Source of the DNA: Burkholderiales bacterium
GTDB lineage: Bacteria > Pseudomonadota > Gammaproteobacteria > Burkholderiales > Burkholderiaceae_C
Reading direction: 5' to 3'
Assembly (NCBI GenBank): GCA_016191525.1
Contig: JACPOK010000038.1
Location: 100,973-164,972 of the forward strand
Length of the DNA stretch: 64,000 nt
The notes under the pieces are model-generated. The model worked only from the letters and a program-made list of their open reading frames with translations. It had not been told where the DNA came from and searched no databases. Of this stretch, positions 32,829-44,876 are shown piece by piece (position 1 is the stretch's first letter; every line of letters starts with the position of its first letter). A program made the position numbers and the translations under genes.

Positions 32829-34004
32829 TTATTCAGGCACGAAGCCGTAGATGCCGCCGCCGTGCGTTACGACCACCAGGGTGTTGCCCGCCAGGACAGG
32901 GGCGGCGGCCACGGCCGTGCCGTCGGTCGTGAGGCGCGTGAGCGGCGTTCCATCGGTGCGGGACAGCAGGTGCACCAGGCCCGCGCTGTCACCCACCACC
33001 ACGGAGCGGCCCACCACCAGCGGGCCGGTCAGGCCGCGGTACAGCAGGCGGTCGCTGGTCCAGGCGCGCTCACCGGCGTCGCGCTTCCAGGCGACGACCT
33101 TGCCGTCGCTCTCGGTGCCGTAAACCATCTGCTCATCGCCATGCACGCCTTCGGCGCCATTGGCCGGCTTGGACCACAGCACGGTGCCGCGCGCCGCGTC
33201 CACACAGCCCACGCTGGCCTGGAAGGCGCGTGCGCAAACCGTATTGCCGACCCGGCTGGTGCGGCCCACCAGGTCCACCAGACGCTCGATATCGTTGGTG
33301 CCGCGGGGCGTTGCGATGGCAGCTTCCCAGCGGACGCTGCCATTGATCGGGTTCAGGCCCACCATGCGCCCACCCAGGCCGGTGACCAGGGTGTCGCCCA
33401 CCGCCAGCATCACGCCGGACTGGCGCAGCACCAGCGGCTCGCCGGGGCGCTGCTGGGTCCACAGCTTGCGGCCGCTCTGGCCGTCGAAAGCGCTGACCGA
33501 GCGGTCCGCCGCCAGCACAAAGACACGGCCTCCCGCCACGAAAGGCGCGGTGTAGCCCTGGGCCACCAGCTTCTGGCGCCAGGCCTGCTTGCCGCCGCTG
33601 AAGGCCACGACTTCGTTGCCGCGCGTGATGACCGCGGTGAGGTTGCCATCGCTGCCAACGCCGGCCGCGATCGGCCCGCCCGCACTGGCGCGCCACAACT
33701 CACGCCCGGTCGCGCCGTCGATCGCAACCACCGAGCCATCGCTGCTGGCCACGGCCACCGTGTTGCCACTGACGTTCACGGCCAGGGGAAAGCCGACTTC
33801 GCCGACGCGTGCCGTCCATGCCGGGCGCACGGCGATGAGGGCCGCGTTGGGTGCCAGTTCGGCCGGCTTGGGCTTTTCCACGGAACTGCTGCCGCCCAGC
33901 CAGGACGGCATCATGGAACAGCCGGAAATCGCGAGTGCTACAAAAACAGGAGCTGCGTAAGCAATACCGGTGCGGGTTGCAGCCGTTTTCTTCTCGTAAA
34001 TCAT
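32829..34004 (-). CDS. bamB: Outer membrane protein assembly lipoprotein BamB
   Basis: Lipobox LAISGC, PQQ-like propeller repeats, RGTNDIERLVD; yfgM-bamB-der synteny. Confidence 0.92.
   Translation of the reverse strand: MIYEKKTAATRTGIAYAAPVFVALAISGCSMMPSWLGGSSSVEKPKPAELAPNAALIAVRPAWTARVGEVGFPLAVNVSGNTVAVASSDGSVVAIDGATGRELWRASAGGPIAAGVGSDGNLTAVITRGNEVVAFSGGKQAWRQKLVAQGYTAPFVAGGRVFVLAADRSVSAFDGQSGRKLWTQQRPGEPLVLRQSGVMLAVGDTLVTGLGGRMVGLNPINGSVRWEAAIATPRGTNDIERLVDLVGRTSRVGNTVCARAFQASVGCVDAARGTVLWSKPANGAEGVHGDEQMVYGTESDGKVVAWKRDAGERAWTSDRLLYRGLTGPLVVGRSVVVGDSAGLVHLLSRTDGTPLTRLTTDGTAVAAAPVLAGNTLVVVTHGGGIYGFVPE
33936..33990 (-). repeat. ~56-bp repeat, copy B (encodes most of the BamB signal peptide)
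   Basis: Reverse complement GAAAACGGCTGCAACCCGCACCGGTATTGCTTACGCAGCTCCTGTTTTTGTAGCA; 40/55 ungapped identity to copy D. Confidence 0.8.
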
Positions 34005-34696
34005 GGTTTGGACCCTGCGGGAGCGGTGGTGGCCGAGGGGGCCGGCGTGAGCGACTTGGGATCCACGCCCAGCGCGGTCAGCTTGACTTCAACCAGCCGG
34101 CGGTATTCCGCCCGCTCGTCCAGGCCCTGGTAGGCCCTGGTGTATTCGGCCTTGGCCTCGTTCTTCTTGCCCTGCAGGCTGTAGATGTCGCCCCTGCGGT
34201 CGGCCACCATCGCCTCGAATTCCTTGGGGAACGATGCGCCCAGCTGCTTGAGCGCTTCGTCGTAGGCCTTCGCGTCGGCCAGCACGCCGGCCAGCCGCAG
34301 CCGGGCCACGGCCTGGTAGCCCTCATCGGAGGCCTTGTCGGCCACCCAGGCCAGTGCCGCCTTGGCAGCGTCGGTGTTGCCCTTCTCGGCGAAGGACTTG
34401 GCGGCCAGCATGCCGGCCTGCTGCGCGTACGTGGTGCCGCCGAACTTGTCCTTCATGTCGGCAAAGGACCGCTCCACGCGGGCGGCGTCGCCGCTGGTGA
34501 CGGCGCGCTCCACTTCGTCGTACATCGCGGCGGCCTGCACGGCCTGCGTGCGCTGCCAGTAATTCCAGCCGTTCCAGGCGGCGATCGAGCCGAATACGGC
34601 GATCAGCAGCCAGGTGATGGCATTGCCGTAGGTGTTCCAGAAGTGCTTGATCTCCGCAAGCTGCTCCTGCTCTTCAAGGTCGAGGTGTTTTGCCAT
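34001..34696 (-). CDS. yfgM: YfgM-family TPR membrane chaperone
   Basis: DLEEQEQL..IKHFW..YG, TM segment, TPR-like repeats, DRRGD. Confidence 0.88.
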   Translation of the reverse strand: MAKHLDLEEQEQLAEIKHFWNTYGNAITWLLIAVFGSIAAWNGWNYWQRTQAVQAAAMYDEVERAVTSGDAARVERSFADMKDKFGGTTYAQQAGMLAAKSFAEKGNTDAAKAALAWVADKASDEGYQAVARLRLAGVLADAKAYDEALKQLGASFPKEFEAMVADRRGDIYSLQGKKNEAKAEYTRAYQGLDERAEYRRLVEVKLTALGVDPKSLTPAPSATTAPAGSKP

Positions 34697-34708
34697 GGGT
34701 CTCTTGTG

Positions 34709-35995
34709 TCAAGCCTGCGATTGTAGGGTGGCGGCCCATTCGGCAGGCGCCGCCAGCGGGCGGCGCTGCTGCGCGCCGCTGCCGTCGCGCAGCGATTTCA
34801 CCGTGACTTCACCGGCAGCCAGTTCATCGGCGCCGAAGACGAGGGCGAAGCGCGCGCCGCTGGCATCGGCCTTCTTGAACTGCGATTTCATGCTGCCGCC
34901 GCCGGCGTGCATGGCGACCGAGACGCCCGCGGCGCGCAAGGCCTCGATGGCGGCCATCGCCGGCAGGCGTGCCTGCGCGTCCGGCACGACCGCGTAGGCA
35001 TCGGGCGCGTCCGCCGGTGCGCCAATGCCTGCCGCCTCGAGCAGCAGCATCAGGCGCTCCAGCCCCAGGCCCCAGCCCACCGCCGGTGCCGGCTTGCCGC
35101 CCAATTGCTCAATCAGCCCGTCGTAGCGGCCGCCGCCGCATACGGTGCCCTGGGAGCCGAGCCGGTCGGTCACCCACTCGAACACGGTGAGGTTGTAGTA
35201 ATCCATGCCGCGCACCAGCCGCGGGTTGACACGGTAGGCCAGGCCCGCGGCATCGAGCACCTCGCGCACCGCGCCGAAGTGCGCCAGCGAAGCTTCGCCC
35301 AAAAAGTCCATCAGCCTGGGCGCCGCTTCCACCAGGGCCTGCATCGCCGGGTTCTTGCTGTCCAGGATGCGCAGCGGGTTGCTGTGCAGGCGGCGGCGCG
35401 CATCTTCGTCCAGCTGGTCCGCATGCGCTTCAAAGTGGGCGATCAGCGCGGCGCGGTGCGCCTGGCGCTCGTCGGCCTGGCCCAGGCTGTTGATCTCCAG
35501 CCGCACGTCGCTGCCCTCGGCCAGCCCGAGGTCGCGCCACAGGGCGCGGCACATCAGGATCAGCTCGGCATCCACGTCGGGGCCGGCGTAGTCGAGCGCT
35601 TCCACGTCCAGCTGGTGGAACTGCCGGTAGCGGCCCTTTTGCGGGCGCTCGTGGCGGAACATGGGGCCAATGGTCCAGATGCGCAGCGGCCCGTTGTACA
35701 GGGCGTTGTGCTCCACCATGGCGCGCACGATGCCGGCGGTGGCCTCGGGGCGCAGGGTGAGCCGGTCGCCGTTCATGCTGTCCTCGAAAGAGTACATCTC
35801 CTTCTCGACAATGTCGGTCACCTCGCCCAGGCCGCGAACGAACAGTGCGGTGGGCTCCACGATGGGCGTGCGGATGTTGCGATAGGCATAGCGGGCCATC
35901 AGCGCGCGCACCTTGCCCTCCACCCACTCCCAGCGGGCGGAATCGGGCGGCAATATGTCGTTCATGCCTTTGACGGCACTCAGTTTGTCGGCCAT
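34709..35995 (-). CDS. hisS: Histidine--tRNA ligase
   Basis: [42 protein letters not shown]. Start reassigned to 35995. Confidence 0.96.
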   Translation of the reverse strand: MADKLSAVKGMNDILPPDSARWEWVEGKVRALMARYAYRNIRTPIVEPTALFVRGLGEVTDIVEKEMYSFEDSMNGDRLTLRPEATAGIVRAMVEHNALYNGPLRIWTIGPMFRHERPQKGRYRQFHQLDVEALDYAGPDVDAELILMCRALWRDLGLAEGSDVRLEINSLGQADERQAHRAALIAHFEAHADQLDEDARRRLHSNPLRILDSKNPAMQALVEAAPRLMDFLGEASLAHFGAVREVLDAAGLAYRVNPRLVRGMDYYNLTVFEWVTDRLGSQGTVCGGGRYDGLIEQLGGKPAPAVGWGLGLERLMLLLEAAGIGAPADAPDAYAVVPDAQARLPAMAAIEALRAAGVSVAMHAGGGSMKSQFKKADASGARFALVFGADELAAGEVTVKSLRDGSGAQQRRPLAAPAEWAATLQSQA

Positions 35996-36008
35996 GTTTT
36001 TCCGGGGG

Positions 36009-37277
36009 TCAGGCGGTTTCGGCAACCGTGCCGAAGCGCTTTTCAATGTAGTTTTCGACGATCTGGTGGAACTCGGTGACGATGTTCTCGCCGCGCAGCG
36101 TCAGCGCCTTCTGCCCGTCGATGAAGACGGGCGCGGCCGGGGCCTCGCCGGTGCCGGGCAGGCTGATGCCGATGTCGGCATGCTTGCTCTCGCCGGGGCC
36201 GTTGACGATGCAGCCCATCACGGCCACTTTCATCTTCTCGACGCCGGGGTACTTCTTGCGCCAGACCGGCATCTGCGCGCGCAGGTAGTCGTCGATCTGC
36301 TTGGCCAGCTCCTGGAAGGTGGTGCTGGTGGTGCGCCCGCAGCCGGGGCATGCCGTGACGCTGGGCACGAAGCTGCGCAGGCCCAGGCCCTGGATGATTT
36401 CAGAGGCGATCACCACTTCCTGCGTGCGCGATTCGCCGGGCTGCGGCGTGAGCGAGACGCGGATCGTGTCGCCGATGCCCTCCTGCAGCAGGATGCCCAG
36501 CGCCACGCTGGAGGCGACGGTGCCCTTGGTGCCCATGCCCGCTTCGGTCAGGCCCAGGTGCAGCGGGTAGTCGCAGCGGCGGGCCAGTTCGCGGTAGACG
36601 GAGATCAGGTCCTGCACGCCGCTGACCTTGCACGACAGGATGACCTGGCTGCCGTCCATGCCCATGCTTTCGGCCAGCTTCGCGGAATCGATGGCGGAAG
36701 TGACGAGTGCTTCGTACATCACCAGTTTCGCGTCCCAAGGCTCGGCGCGCGCGCTGTTCACGTCCATCAGGCCGGCCAGCAGTTCCTGGTCCAGGCTGCC
36801 CCAGTTCACGCCGATGCGCACGGGCTTGTTCCAGCGCATCGCCGCCTCGATCATCTGGCCGAACTGCTTGTCGTGCTTGTCGCCCTTGCCCACGTTGCCG
36901 GGGTTGATGCGGTACTTGGAAAGCGCCTGCGCGCAATCCGGGTAGTCGGTCAGCAGCCGGTGGCCGTTGTAGTGGAAGTCGCCGATCAGCGGCACCGCGA
37001 TGCCCATGCGGTCCAGCTGCTCGCGGATGTAGGGCACCTGGGCCGCGGCCTCGGGCGTGTTGACCGTGATGCGCACCAGCTCGGACCCGGCGATGGCCAG
37101 TTCCTTGACCTGGATGGCCGTGCCGATTGCGTCCTGCGTATCGGTGTTGGTCATCGACTGGATGCGCACGGGCGCGTCGCCGCCAATGGTGACCACGTTG
37201 GCGCCCCAGGCGGCGCGGGCCTGGCGGGAGTGGCGGGGCTTGGGAAACGCTGCTTCGATCGGCAGGCAAGGCTGCAT
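36009..37277 (-). CDS. ispG: (E)-4-hydroxy-3-methylbut-2-enyl-diphosphate synthase
   Basis: [32 protein letters not shown]. Confidence 0.96.
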   Translation of the reverse strand: MQPCLPIEAAFPKPRHSRQARAAWGANVVTIGGDAPVRIQSMTNTDTQDAIGTAIQVKELAIAGSELVRITVNTPEAAAQVPYIREQLDRMGIAVPLIGDFHYNGHRLLTDYPDCAQALSKYRINPGNVGKGDKHDKQFGQMIEAAMRWNKPVRIGVNWGSLDQELLAGLMDVNSARAEPWDAKLVMYEALVTSAIDSAKLAESMGMDGSQVILSCKVSGVQDLISVYRELARRCDYPLHLGLTEAGMGTKGTVASSVALGILLQEGIGDTIRVSLTPQPGESRTQEVVIASEIIQGLGLRSFVPSVTACPGCGRTTSTTFQELAKQIDDYLRAQMPVWRKKYPGVEKMKVAVMGCIVNGPGESKHADIGISLPGTGEAPAAPVFIDGQKALTLRGENIVTEFHQIVENYIEKRFGTVAETA

Positions 37278-38269
37278 TACTTCACCTCAAAACGGGCCAC
37301 GTTGTCCCGCACATACGGCGCCAGGTTCATCGGCTTGCCGCGCACTTCCACTTCGGTGCCATTGGCGCTGCCCACGGTGACGACCAGCGGCGTGGTGCCG
37401 GAAGCGCCCGCTGTTTCACCGGGCATGAGCAGCTTGCGCAGCGTCACGGTGCCCTTGGCGTCGGTGACCTGGATCCACGACTGGGCCCTGGCCTTGAATA
37501 CCACCAGCCCGCTGGTCGAGGCCGCGGGCGCGGATGCGGCTGGCACCGGCGCCGGCGCCGAGGCGACCTTGGCCGCGGTGGCAGTCGCCGTAGGCATGAC
37601 ACTGGGACTCACGCTCTTTGTCACTGTGGTCGCGGCGGGCGCCGATGCCGGGGTCGCCGGCCTGGCCAGCGTGAGCGTGGGCGTGTGCGATGTGGCTTGC
37701 GGGATGGCCACGGCTGTCACCGAAGAAGCAGCCGGCACCGCGCCTTCCGAAGGCGGCTGGTAGACCATGGGCGTCGGCGGGATCGGCGGGATCACCACGT
37801 CGCTTCGGGCCACGGCCGGCGCTTCGTCGCGCTGCGTGGCGGGCAGCAGGATCAGCACCAGCGCACCCAGCAACAGCGCAAAGACCGCCAGGAACACCGG
37901 GCGGGAGAGCTGGTCCAGCCAGGAAGGCCCGGCGCCATCGCTGGGGGAGCGGAACGGCGCGTTGATGCCGCTTTCGCTGTCCGCCAGACGGGGCGCGCCG
38001 GTCTGCGGCAACAGCGCCAAGACCGGCGCGGGATCGATCTTCAGCGTGCGGCAGACGCTGGCTGCCAGCGCGCGCACGAAGACGGCATCGGGCAGCAGGT
38101 CAAGCCGGTCGGCCTCCAGCGCCTCCAGCTTGCGCACCGGCACCTTGAGCGAGACCGCCAGCGCGGCCACGTGCAGGCCGGCCGCCTCGCGCGCCTCGCG
38201 CAACAGGGTGCCCGCAGTGGTGCCGCTTGCCTGTTGCGGGACATCCCCCTGCCCCGTCTCCTCACTCAT
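37277..38269 (-). CDS. rodZ: Cytoskeleton protein RodZ (HTH - TM - DUF4115)
   Basis: N-terminal HTH, TM, Ala/Pro linker, SWIQV C-terminal domain; synteny. Confidence 0.85.
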   Translation of the reverse strand: MSEETGQGDVPQQASGTTAGTLLREAREAAGLHVAALAVSLKVPVRKLEALEADRLDLLPDAVFVRALAASVCRTLKIDPAPVLALLPQTGAPRLADSESGINAPFRSPSDGAGPSWLDQLSRPVFLAVFALLLGALVLILLPATQRDEAPAVARSDVVIPPIPPTPMVYQPPSEGAVPAASSVTAVAIPQATSHTPTLTLARPATPASAPAATTVTKSVSPSVMPTATATAAKVASAPAPVPAASAPAASTSGLVVFKARAQSWIQVTDAKGTVTLRKLLMPGETAGASGTTPLVVTVGSANGTEVEVRGKPMNLAPYVRDNVARFEVK

Positions 38270-39083
38270 CGAACGTCCCCCGGTCCCAGCTGCGGCTTTC
38301 GCGCGATTGCGGGTAGCGCTTCTTCAGTTGCTCGCCCAGCTGCCGCATGGCCACGCTGTCATTCATGCGCCGCTCCACCTTGATGCCCAGCCACAGGGTT
38401 TCGGCGTTGGCCAGGTCTGTGTTGTTCAGCCGGCGGATGTAGAACTGTGATCGCTGGAATTCACCGCGCTGGAAAAGCAGGTTGGCCAGGTTGTAGCCGG
38501 TGACGGGATTGGCCGCGTCCAGCTCATACGAGCGCGAGAGGCTGCGCTCGGCATCTTCCTTGCGGCCGGCCCGCGCCTGGCACAGGCCCTGGGCCATCAG
38601 CGTCTTGGCCCGCTCGGCGTAAAGCGGGTTGGCCATCGCCTGCTCGAACGAGCGCATGGCTTCGTCGTAGCGCGCCTGCTGGCACTGCAGCCAGCCGAAA
38701 TTGTGCTGGGCGTTGGGGTCGCGCGGGTTCAGCGCCACGGCGCGGCGGAAACTGTCCTCGGCCTGCCTCATGTCGTTGAGGCGCATGTAGATCAGCCCGC
38801 GCAGGTTGTACGCATCCGGGAAATTGGGATCGGCCAGGATCACCTGCTTCAACTCGTCCAGCGCCACGGCGGTCTGGCCCTGCTCGAAGTAGCCGATCGC
38901 CAGTTCCATCCGGATGCGGGCCCGTTTTCTCGCCTCGGGCTCGTCGGACGCGGTGAACATTTCGGGGCCCGCGGCGGATTCGCCCGGTTTGCTCGCGCAG
39001 CCACCCACGCAGAGCAGCACGGTGCCTGCCAGCCATGCCCACACGAGCCAGGCCTTGGCGTCCCAACCGCTTGCTGATTTCAT
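38262..39083 (-). CDS. pilW: Type IV pilus biogenesis/stability TPR lipoprotein PilW/PilF
   Basis: Lipobox VGGC, TPR repeats, follows rlmN. Confidence 0.88.
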   Translation of the reverse strand: MKSASGWDAKAWLVWAWLAGTVLLCVGGCASKPGESAAGPEMFTASDEPEARKRARIRMELAIGYFEQGQTAVALDELKQVILADPNFPDAYNLRGLIYMRLNDMRQAEDSFRRAVALNPRDPNAQHNFGWLQCQQARYDEAMRSFEQAMANPLYAERAKTLMAQGLCQARAGRKEDAERSLSRSYELDAANPVTGYNLANLLFQRGEFQRSQFYIRRLNNTDLANAETLWLGIKVERRMNDSVAMRQLGEQLKKRYPQSRESRSWDRGTFDE

Positions 39084-40237
39084 GGTTCCTGGATCTCCTT
39101 GGCGGCACGGGCGGCCGCCGGCACCTGTTTGAGCATCACGGTGCGCTGCTGGGCGATCCGATCACCCACCCGGGTGCGATCCTTGACGTCGCCGGCCAGC
39201 TGGCCGCAGGCGGCGTCGATATCGTCCCCTCTGGTTTTGCGCACAGTGGTGACGATACCAGCATCCCCCAGGATTTTCGCGAAAGCGCTGACCTGGTGTT
39301 GCGCGGAACGCAGCAGGCCGGACGCGGGGAACGGGTTGAAGGGGATCAGGTTGATCTTGCACGACACGCCGCCGCCGCCATGGCGCCGCACCAGCTGCAC
39401 AAGCTGCTGCGCGTGTTCCGGCTGGTCGTTGACGCCGTCCAGCATGCAGTATTCGAAAGTGATGAAGTCGCGCGGCGCGTGCTCGAGGTAGCGGTTGCAG
39501 GCGTCCAGCAGCTCGGCCAGCGGGTATTTCCTGTTCAGCGGCACCAGGTTGTCGCGCAGCGAATCGTTGGGTGCGTGCAGCGACACCGCCAGCGCGACGG
39601 GGCAATCCTGGCCCAGGCGGTCGATCATCGGCACCACGCCCGAGGTCGACACGGTGACGCGGCGGCGTGACAGGCCGTAGCCGTGGTCGTCCAGCATCAC
39701 CCGCAGGGCCGGGACCAGCGCCGAATAATTCTGCAGCGGCTCGCCCATGCCCATCATCACCACGTTGGAGATGACGCGGTCTTCGCGATTGAGGTGCTTG
39801 CGCAGGAAGTGCTCGGCAAACCAGAGCTGGGCCACGATTTCGCCGGTGCTGAGGTTGCGCGAGAAGCCCTGGTGGCCGGTCGAGCAGAAACGGCAGCCCA
39901 CCGCGCAGCCGGCCTGGGAGGAGACACACAGCGTGCCGCGGTCATCCTCGGGGATGAACACGGCTTCCACCGCGTCGCCCTGCCCCACGTCGAACAGCCA
40001 CTTGATGGTGCCGTCCTTCGACTCGTGCTGGGTGATGACGGGCAGGCCCTGCAGGTGGGCGGCGCCCTTGAGTTTTTCGCGCAGCGACTTCGCCAGGTCG
40101 CTCATCTGGCTGAAATCAGCGGCGCCCTTCTGGTGGATCCAGCGGAACAGCTGCGTCGCGCGGAATTTCTTCTCGCCCAGCGTTTCGCAGAACGCGGCCA
40201 GGCCTTCCAGATCGAAATCGAGAAGGTTGGCCGTCAT
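39080..40237 (-). CDS. rlmN: 23S rRNA/tRNA adenine C2-methyltransferase (radical SAM)
   Basis: [29 protein letters not shown]. Confidence 0.96.
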   Translation of the reverse strand: MTANLLDFDLEGLAAFCETLGEKKFRATQLFRWIHQKGAADFSQMSDLAKSLREKLKGAAHLQGLPVITQHESKDGTIKWLFDVGQGDAVEAVFIPEDDRGTLCVSSQAGCAVGCRFCSTGHQGFSRNLSTGEIVAQLWFAEHFLRKHLNREDRVISNVVMMGMGEPLQNYSALVPALRVMLDDHGYGLSRRRVTVSTSGVVPMIDRLGQDCPVALAVSLHAPNDSLRDNLVPLNRKYPLAELLDACNRYLEHAPRDFITFEYCMLDGVNDQPEHAQQLVQLVRRHGGGGVSCKINLIPFNPFPASGLLRSAQHQVSAFAKILGDAGIVTTVRKTRGDDIDAACGQLAGDVKDRTRVGDRIAQQRTVMLKQVPAAARAAKEIQEP

Positions 40238-40256
40238 CGCATCGGGATTCCCGCTT

Positions 40257-40682
40257 TCAGCGGGAATAGACGTTCATGCCGGGGAAGAAGAAGCCCACTT
40301 CCACCTTGGCCGTCTCGACCGCGTCGGAGCCGTGCACCGCGTTGGCGTCGATGCTGTCGGCGAAATCGGCGCGGATGGTGCCCTTGTCGGCCTTCTTGGG
40401 GTCGGTGGCGCCCATCAGGTCGCGATTCTTCAGGATGGCGTTCTCGCCTTCCAGGGCCTGGATCATCACCGGGCCGGAAATCATGAACTCGACCAGGTCC
40501 TTGAAGAAGGGGCGCTCCTTGTGGACGGCGTAGAACTGCTCGGCCTCGCCGCGCGACAGGTGGGCCATCTTCGCGGCAACCACCTTCAGGCCGGCAGCCT
40601 CGAAGCGGGCGTAGATCTGGCCGATGACGTTCTTGGCCACGGCGTCGGGCTTGATGATGGAAAGGGTGCGTTCGATAGCCAT
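40257..40682 (-). CDS. ndk: Nucleoside diphosphate kinase
   Basis: [19 protein letters not shown]. Confidence 0.98.
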   Translation of the reverse strand: MAIERTLSIIKPDAVAKNVIGQIYARFEAAGLKVVAAKMAHLSRGEAEQFYAVHKERPFFKDLVEFMISGPVMIQALEGENAILKNRDLMGATDPKKADKGTIRADFADSIDANAVHGSDAVETAKVEVGFFFPGMNVYSR

Positions 40683-40827
40683 GTTGGATCTTCCTGGATT
40701 GATTTGTTAGGTTTTCGCCGGCCCGCAAAGTTCGCGGCCGATTTCGGCAAAGCCCTGTATTTTAGCCTTTGGACGCTACAGCGCCGCGGCACGGGACTTC
40801 ACCCCCGCCCGCCCGGGGCCTGTGCCG

Positions 40828-42291
40828 TCAGCGGCCGCGGCCGCCGCGGCGCTGGCCGCCACCGCCACCACCACCACCCGTGCCGCCGCCCCCGCCGCCC
40901 CGGCGCTGCCCGCCCGGGCCGCCCTGGCGCTGGCGCGTGAAACTGTCGGCGCCGATATAGCCCAGCGAAGTCTTCATCGGGTCCGGCTGGGCGCTGCCGC
41001 CCTGGCGGTCACCGTCCTGCTGCCGGTCGCCGCCGCGGTTCTTGCGGCGTTGTCCCTGGCCTTGCCCCTGGCCCTGGCTCTGCCCGCCGCCGTTGCCCCG
41101 GCCCTGGCCGGGAGGGCCGCCGGGTCCCTGCGCGCGCTGGCCGTCGTTGTTGCCCCGCCCGCCACCGGCACCGCCGCTGCGCCCACCCCGGCGGCGGTTG
41201 CGGCCGCCCCGGCCACCACCCTCGCCTTCGGCATTGGCGCCTTCGCCGCGCGGCGGCCGCTCGCCCTGCTGGCTGCCGGCGGCGTTCATCAGCGCCCGGA
41301 TGTCGCGCTCGTCCAGTTCCATGAAGGCGCCGCGCTTGAGGCCGCGCGGCAGCACCATGGCGCCGTAGCGGATGCGGATCAGCCGGCTGACGGCATGGCC
41401 CACCGCCTCGAACATGCGGCGCACCTCGCGGTTGCGCCCTTCGGAAATCGTCACGCGGTACCAGGTGTTGGCACCCTCGCCGCCGCCGTCCTCGATGGCG
41501 CCGAACTGGGCCCGCCCATCGCCCAGTTCCACGCCTTCGGTCAGGCGCTGCTTTTCCTCGGTGCTGAGCGCGCCCAGCACCCGCACGGCGTATTCGCGCT
41601 CCAGGCCGAAGCGCGGATGCATGAGCCTGTTGGCCAGTTCGCCCGAGCTGGTGAACAGCAGCAGGCCTTCGGTGTTCAGGTCCAGCCGGCCGACCGACTG
41701 CCACTTGCCCTGGTACAGGCGCGGCAGCTTGCGGAACACGGTGGGCCGGTTTTGCGGGTCGTCGTTGGTCACCACCTCGCCCGCGGGCTTGTGATAGGCG
41801 ATCACCCGGGCCGGCGGCGGCGCGATCCGGAAGCGGATCGGCTTGCCGTTGAGCTTGACCTGGTCGCCGAACTGGATGCGTTGGCCGATATGGGCCGGCT
41901 CGTTGTTGACGGAAATGCGGCCTTCGGTGATGAGCTGCTCCATCTCCAGGCGCGACCCCAGCCCGGCCTGGGCCAGAACCTTGTGCAGCTTGGGGGTATC
42001 CGCCTGGGCCGACAGCACCCGCTTGGGCAGCACCACCTCGGGGCTTTGCTCGTCGGCGTCGAACTGCCCCGACACGACGTCGGCGAACAGGATGGGGGCC
42101 GGCGGCACGGCCGCCTCGGCCAGCGCCGCCGGCCGGTCTTGATCGTCGTCGTCGAGGTCCTCGTCGTCGTAATCGTCGTCCGACGCGAATTCGGCGGCAT
42201 CACGTTCCCGGTCGGCGCGCGCCGCAGCCTCTTTTTCTTCCATTTCCTCGAGGGTGGCGGTAGGGGCGGCGCGGGAATGCGGATCGGTCAT
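40828..42291 (-). CDS. rluB: 23S rRNA pseudouridine synthase B with acidic N-terminus and Gly/Arg-rich tail
   Basis: S4 domain [34 protein letters not shown]. Confidence 0.9.
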   Translation of the reverse strand: MTDPHSRAAPTATLEEMEEKEAAARADRERDAAEFASDDDYDDEDLDDDDQDRPAALAEAAVPPAPILFADVVSGQFDADEQSPEVVLPKRVLSAQADTPKLHKVLAQAGLGSRLEMEQLITEGRISVNNEPAHIGQRIQFGDQVKLNGKPIRFRIAPPPARVIAYHKPAGEVVTNDDPQNRPTVFRKLPRLYQGKWQSVGRLDLNTEGLLLFTSSGELANRLMHPRFGLEREYAVRVLGALSTEEKQRLTEGVELGDGRAQFGAIEDGGGEGANTWYRVTISEGRNREVRRMFEAVGHAVSRLIRIRYGAMVLPRGLKRGAFMELDERDIRALMNAAGSQQGERPPRGEGANAEGEGGGRGGRNRRRGGRSGGAGGGRGNNDGQRAQGPGGPPGQGRGNGGGQSQGQGQGQGQRRKNRGGDRQQDGDRQGGSAQPDPMKTSLGYIGADSFTRQRQGGPGGQRRGGGGGGTGGGGGGGGQRRGGRGR

Positions 42292-42293
42292 GT

Positions 42294-42953
42294 TCAGGTC
42301 TCGACTGCTTTTTCTGCCGCAGCGTCGGCGGCGCCTTCATCGGCGGGTGGGTCCAGGGCGGGCTCTTCGGCTTCCATCGCCAGCCCGGGCTGGGCCGCGT
42401 CAGGTTCGGCGGCCAGCGAGGCCAGCACGCCGGCCTGCTCGGCCGGGTTGTCCAGCACCGGCAGCTGGTCCAGCGATTCCAGGCCCAGGTCATCCAGGAA
42501 CTGGCGGGTGGTGGCGAACAGCGCCGGCCGCCCCGCCGCTTCGCGATGGCCGATCACTTCCACCCAGCCGCGGTCTTCCAGCTGCTTGAGCAGCAGGGTG
42601 TTGATGGTGACGCCGCGGATGTCTTCCATGTCGCCCCGGGTAACCGGCTGGCGGTAGGCAATGATGGCCAGCGTCTCCAGTGTGGCGCGGGTGTACTTGG
42701 GCGGCTTTTCCGGGTGCAGCCGGTCCAGGTACTCGCGCATCTCCGGGCGGCTCTGGAAGCGCCAGCCGCTGGCCACGGCCACCAGTTCGACGCCGCGCTG
42801 GGCCCAGTCGCCCTGCAGGTCCTGAAGCAGCGCCTTGATGGTGTCGGCGCCCAGTTCGTCGTTGAACAGCACGCGCAGCTCGCGCACCGGAAGCGGCTGC
42901 TGCGAGCAGATCAAGGCGGTTTCGAGGACGCGCTTGGCATCCGCCGTATTCAT
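42294..42953 (-). CDS. scpB: SMC-Scp complex subunit ScpB
   Basis: [33 protein letters not shown]. Start reassigned to 42953. Confidence 0.93.
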   Translation of the reverse strand: MNTADAKRVLETALICSQQPLPVRELRVLFNDELGADTIKALLQDLQGDWAQRGVELVAVASGWRFQSRPEMREYLDRLHPEKPPKYTRATLETLAIIAYRQPVTRGDMEDIRGVTINTLLLKQLEDRGWVEVIGHREAAGRPALFATTRQFLDDLGLESLDQLPVLDNPAEQAGVLASLAAEPDAAQPGLAMEAEEPALDPPADEGAADAAAEKAVET

Positions 42954-43008
42954 TGTCTTTTGCAGTTCGAAAGGAAAAGGGCGCCAGGGGCGCAAACTGC
43001 ACCGCGGG

Positions 43009-44058
43009 CTAGCCGGGGGCGTGGCTCGGGAGCCATTCGGAATCATTGTAGCGCAGCCCCCATTGCGCCAGCGCCCCCCGCAGGTCTGCCGGCAGGGCCG
43101 AGCGGAAAACCAGGTCCCCTCCCGACACCGGGTGGGTGAACGCCAGCCGCCAGGCATGCAGGGCCTGCCGTTCCAGCCCGGCCGCCGGCGCGCCACCATA
43201 GACCGCGTCCGCCACCAGCGGGTGGCCGATGGACGCCATGTGCACGCGGATCTGGTGGGTACGCCCCGTCTGCAGGGTCGCCAGCACCCAGCAGCCGTCC
43301 TGGGCGTTTTGCAGCAGCTCGAAAGTGGTGGACGCCGTCTTGCCGGAATTCCTTTCCAGGTCGACCACCGCCATGCGCAGGCGGTTGCGCGGGTCGCGCC
43401 CGACCGGCGCATCCACGTGCCGCAAGGCGGCCCCGTTCCACGGCCGGTGGGCCAGCGCCACGTACTGGCGGGCCACCTCGCGTGCGGCGATCTGCCGCAC
43501 CAGCGCGTCCATGGCGGCGCGCGAGCGCGCCACCACCATCAGGCCGCTGGTGTCCTTGTCGAGCCGGTGCACGATGCCCGCGCGCGGCAGCAAGGCCGCC
43601 TTGTCGTCGCGGGCCAGCAGCCCGTTGAGCAGCGTGCCGCTCCAGTTGCCCGGCGCGGGGTGAACCACCAGCCCGGCGGGCTTGTCCAGCACCAGCAGGT
43701 GCTCGTCCTCGAACACCACGTTCAGCGCCATGGCTTCGGGCCGGAAGGCCTGGCTTTGCGGTGTGGGCCGCAGTTCCACCGTGCCGCTGTCGCCGGCCCT
43801 GACCTTGAGCGAAGACTTCACGGCCTGCTGGCCATTGAGCAGCACCGCACCCGCCTCCAGCAGCTGCTGCAGGTAGCTGCGCGAGAACTCGGGCACCAGC
43901 GCGGCGAGCGCTCGGTCCAGCCGCTCACCATGCTGCGCCGCGCTCACGGTGAAGGCGCGCAGTTCGCTGTCGGGCCCGGCGTCGGCGGGCTCGTCAAGCG
44001 CGCCGTCCGCCTCGGGGGCCAAAGGGTCGGTCGATATAATGAATTTGCCCTGTTTCAA
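43009..44058 (-). CDS. rluD: 23S rRNA pseudouridine synthase D (RluA family)
   Basis: S4 domain [26 protein letters not shown]; divergent from bamD. Confidence 0.93.
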   Translation of the reverse strand: MKQGKFIISTDPLAPEADGALDEPADAGPDSELRAFTVSAAQHGERLDRALAALVPEFSRSYLQQLLEAGAVLLNGQQAVKSSLKVRAGDSGTVELRPTPQSQAFRPEAMALNVVFEDEHLLVLDKPAGLVVHPAPGNWSGTLLNGLLARDDKAALLPRAGIVHRLDKDTSGLMVVARSRAAMDALVRQIAAREVARQYVALAHRPWNGAALRHVDAPVGRDPRNRLRMAVVDLERNSGKTASTTFELLQNAQDGCWVLATLQTGRTHQIRVHMASIGHPLVADAVYGGAPAAGLERQALHAWRLAFTHPVSGGDLVFRSALPADLRGALAQWGLRYNDSEWLPSHAPG

Positions 44059-44072
44059 GAAAGTTGCCAGCG

Positions 44073-44876
44073 ATGCCTAGCGCCAAATTATCGGTTGTCC
44101 CCGTCCTGCTGCTGGCCGGTGCCGCCTTCGTCGCGGGCTGCTCGTCCACGCCGGACGACAAGACGGCCTCCTGGAGCCCGAACAGGATTTACGCCGAAGC
44201 CAAGGACGAAGCCAACAGCGGCTCCTATGACAAGGCCATCCCGCTGTTCGAAAAGCTCGAAGGCCGCGCCGCCGGCACGCCGCTGGCGCAACAGGCCCAG
44301 CTGGAAAAGGCCTATGCCCAGTACAAGTCCGGCGACCAGGCCCAGGCCCTGTCCACGCTGGACCGTTTCATGAAGCTGCACCCTTCCAGCCCGGCGATCG
44401 ACTACGCGCTGTACCTGAAGGGCATCGTCAACTTCAACGACAACCTGGGCCTGTTCTCCTTCCTGTCACGCCAGGACCTGTCCGAGCGCGACCAGAAGGC
44501 CGCCAAGGAATCGTTCGAGGCCTTCCGCGAGCTGGCCAACCGCTTCCCCGATTCGCGCTACACGCCGGATGCCCGGGCGCGCATGACCTACATCGTCAAC
44601 TCGCTGGCGCAGTACGAGGTGCACGTGGCGCGCTACTACTACAGCCGCGGCGCCTACGTGGCGGCGATCAACCGGGCCCAGAACGCGCTGACCGATTACC
44701 AGGACGTGCCGGCGCTGGAAGAAGCCCTGTACATCATGCTGCGCTCCTACGACGCGCTGGGTATGGCTTCGCTGCGCGACGACACCCGCCGCGTGATGGA
44801 AAAAACCTTTCCCAAGAGCGAATACCTGAGCCGCGGCTTCAAGTCCAGCCAGGATCCGTGGTGGAAGTTCTGGTAG
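44073..44876 (+). CDS. bamD: Outer membrane protein assembly lipoprotein BamD
   Basis: Lipobox VAGC, TPR repeats, YALYLKG, VARYYY..GAYVAA. Confidence 0.94.
   Translation: MPSAKLSVVPVLLLAGAAFVAGCSSTPDDKTASWSPNRIYAEAKDEANSGSYDKAIPLFEKLEGRAAGTPLAQQAQLEKAYAQYKSGDQAQALSTLDRFMKLHPSSPAIDYALYLKGIVNFNDNLGLFSFLSRQDLSERDQKAAKESFEAFRELANRFPDSRYTPDARARMTYIVNSLAQYEVHVARYYYSRGAYVAAINRAQNALTDYQDVPALEEALYIMLRSYDALGMASLRDDTRRVMEKTFPKSEYLSRGFKSSQDPWWKFW

Noticed and set aside
40828-41240. Gly/Arg/Gln-rich low-complexity tail of RluB
   Set aside because: Disordered basic tails are common in RluB proteins.
44839-44876. 38-nt convergent overlap of bamD and the DinG-family helicase
   Set aside because: Short tail-to-tail overlaps are common in GC-rich genomes and both proteins look complete.
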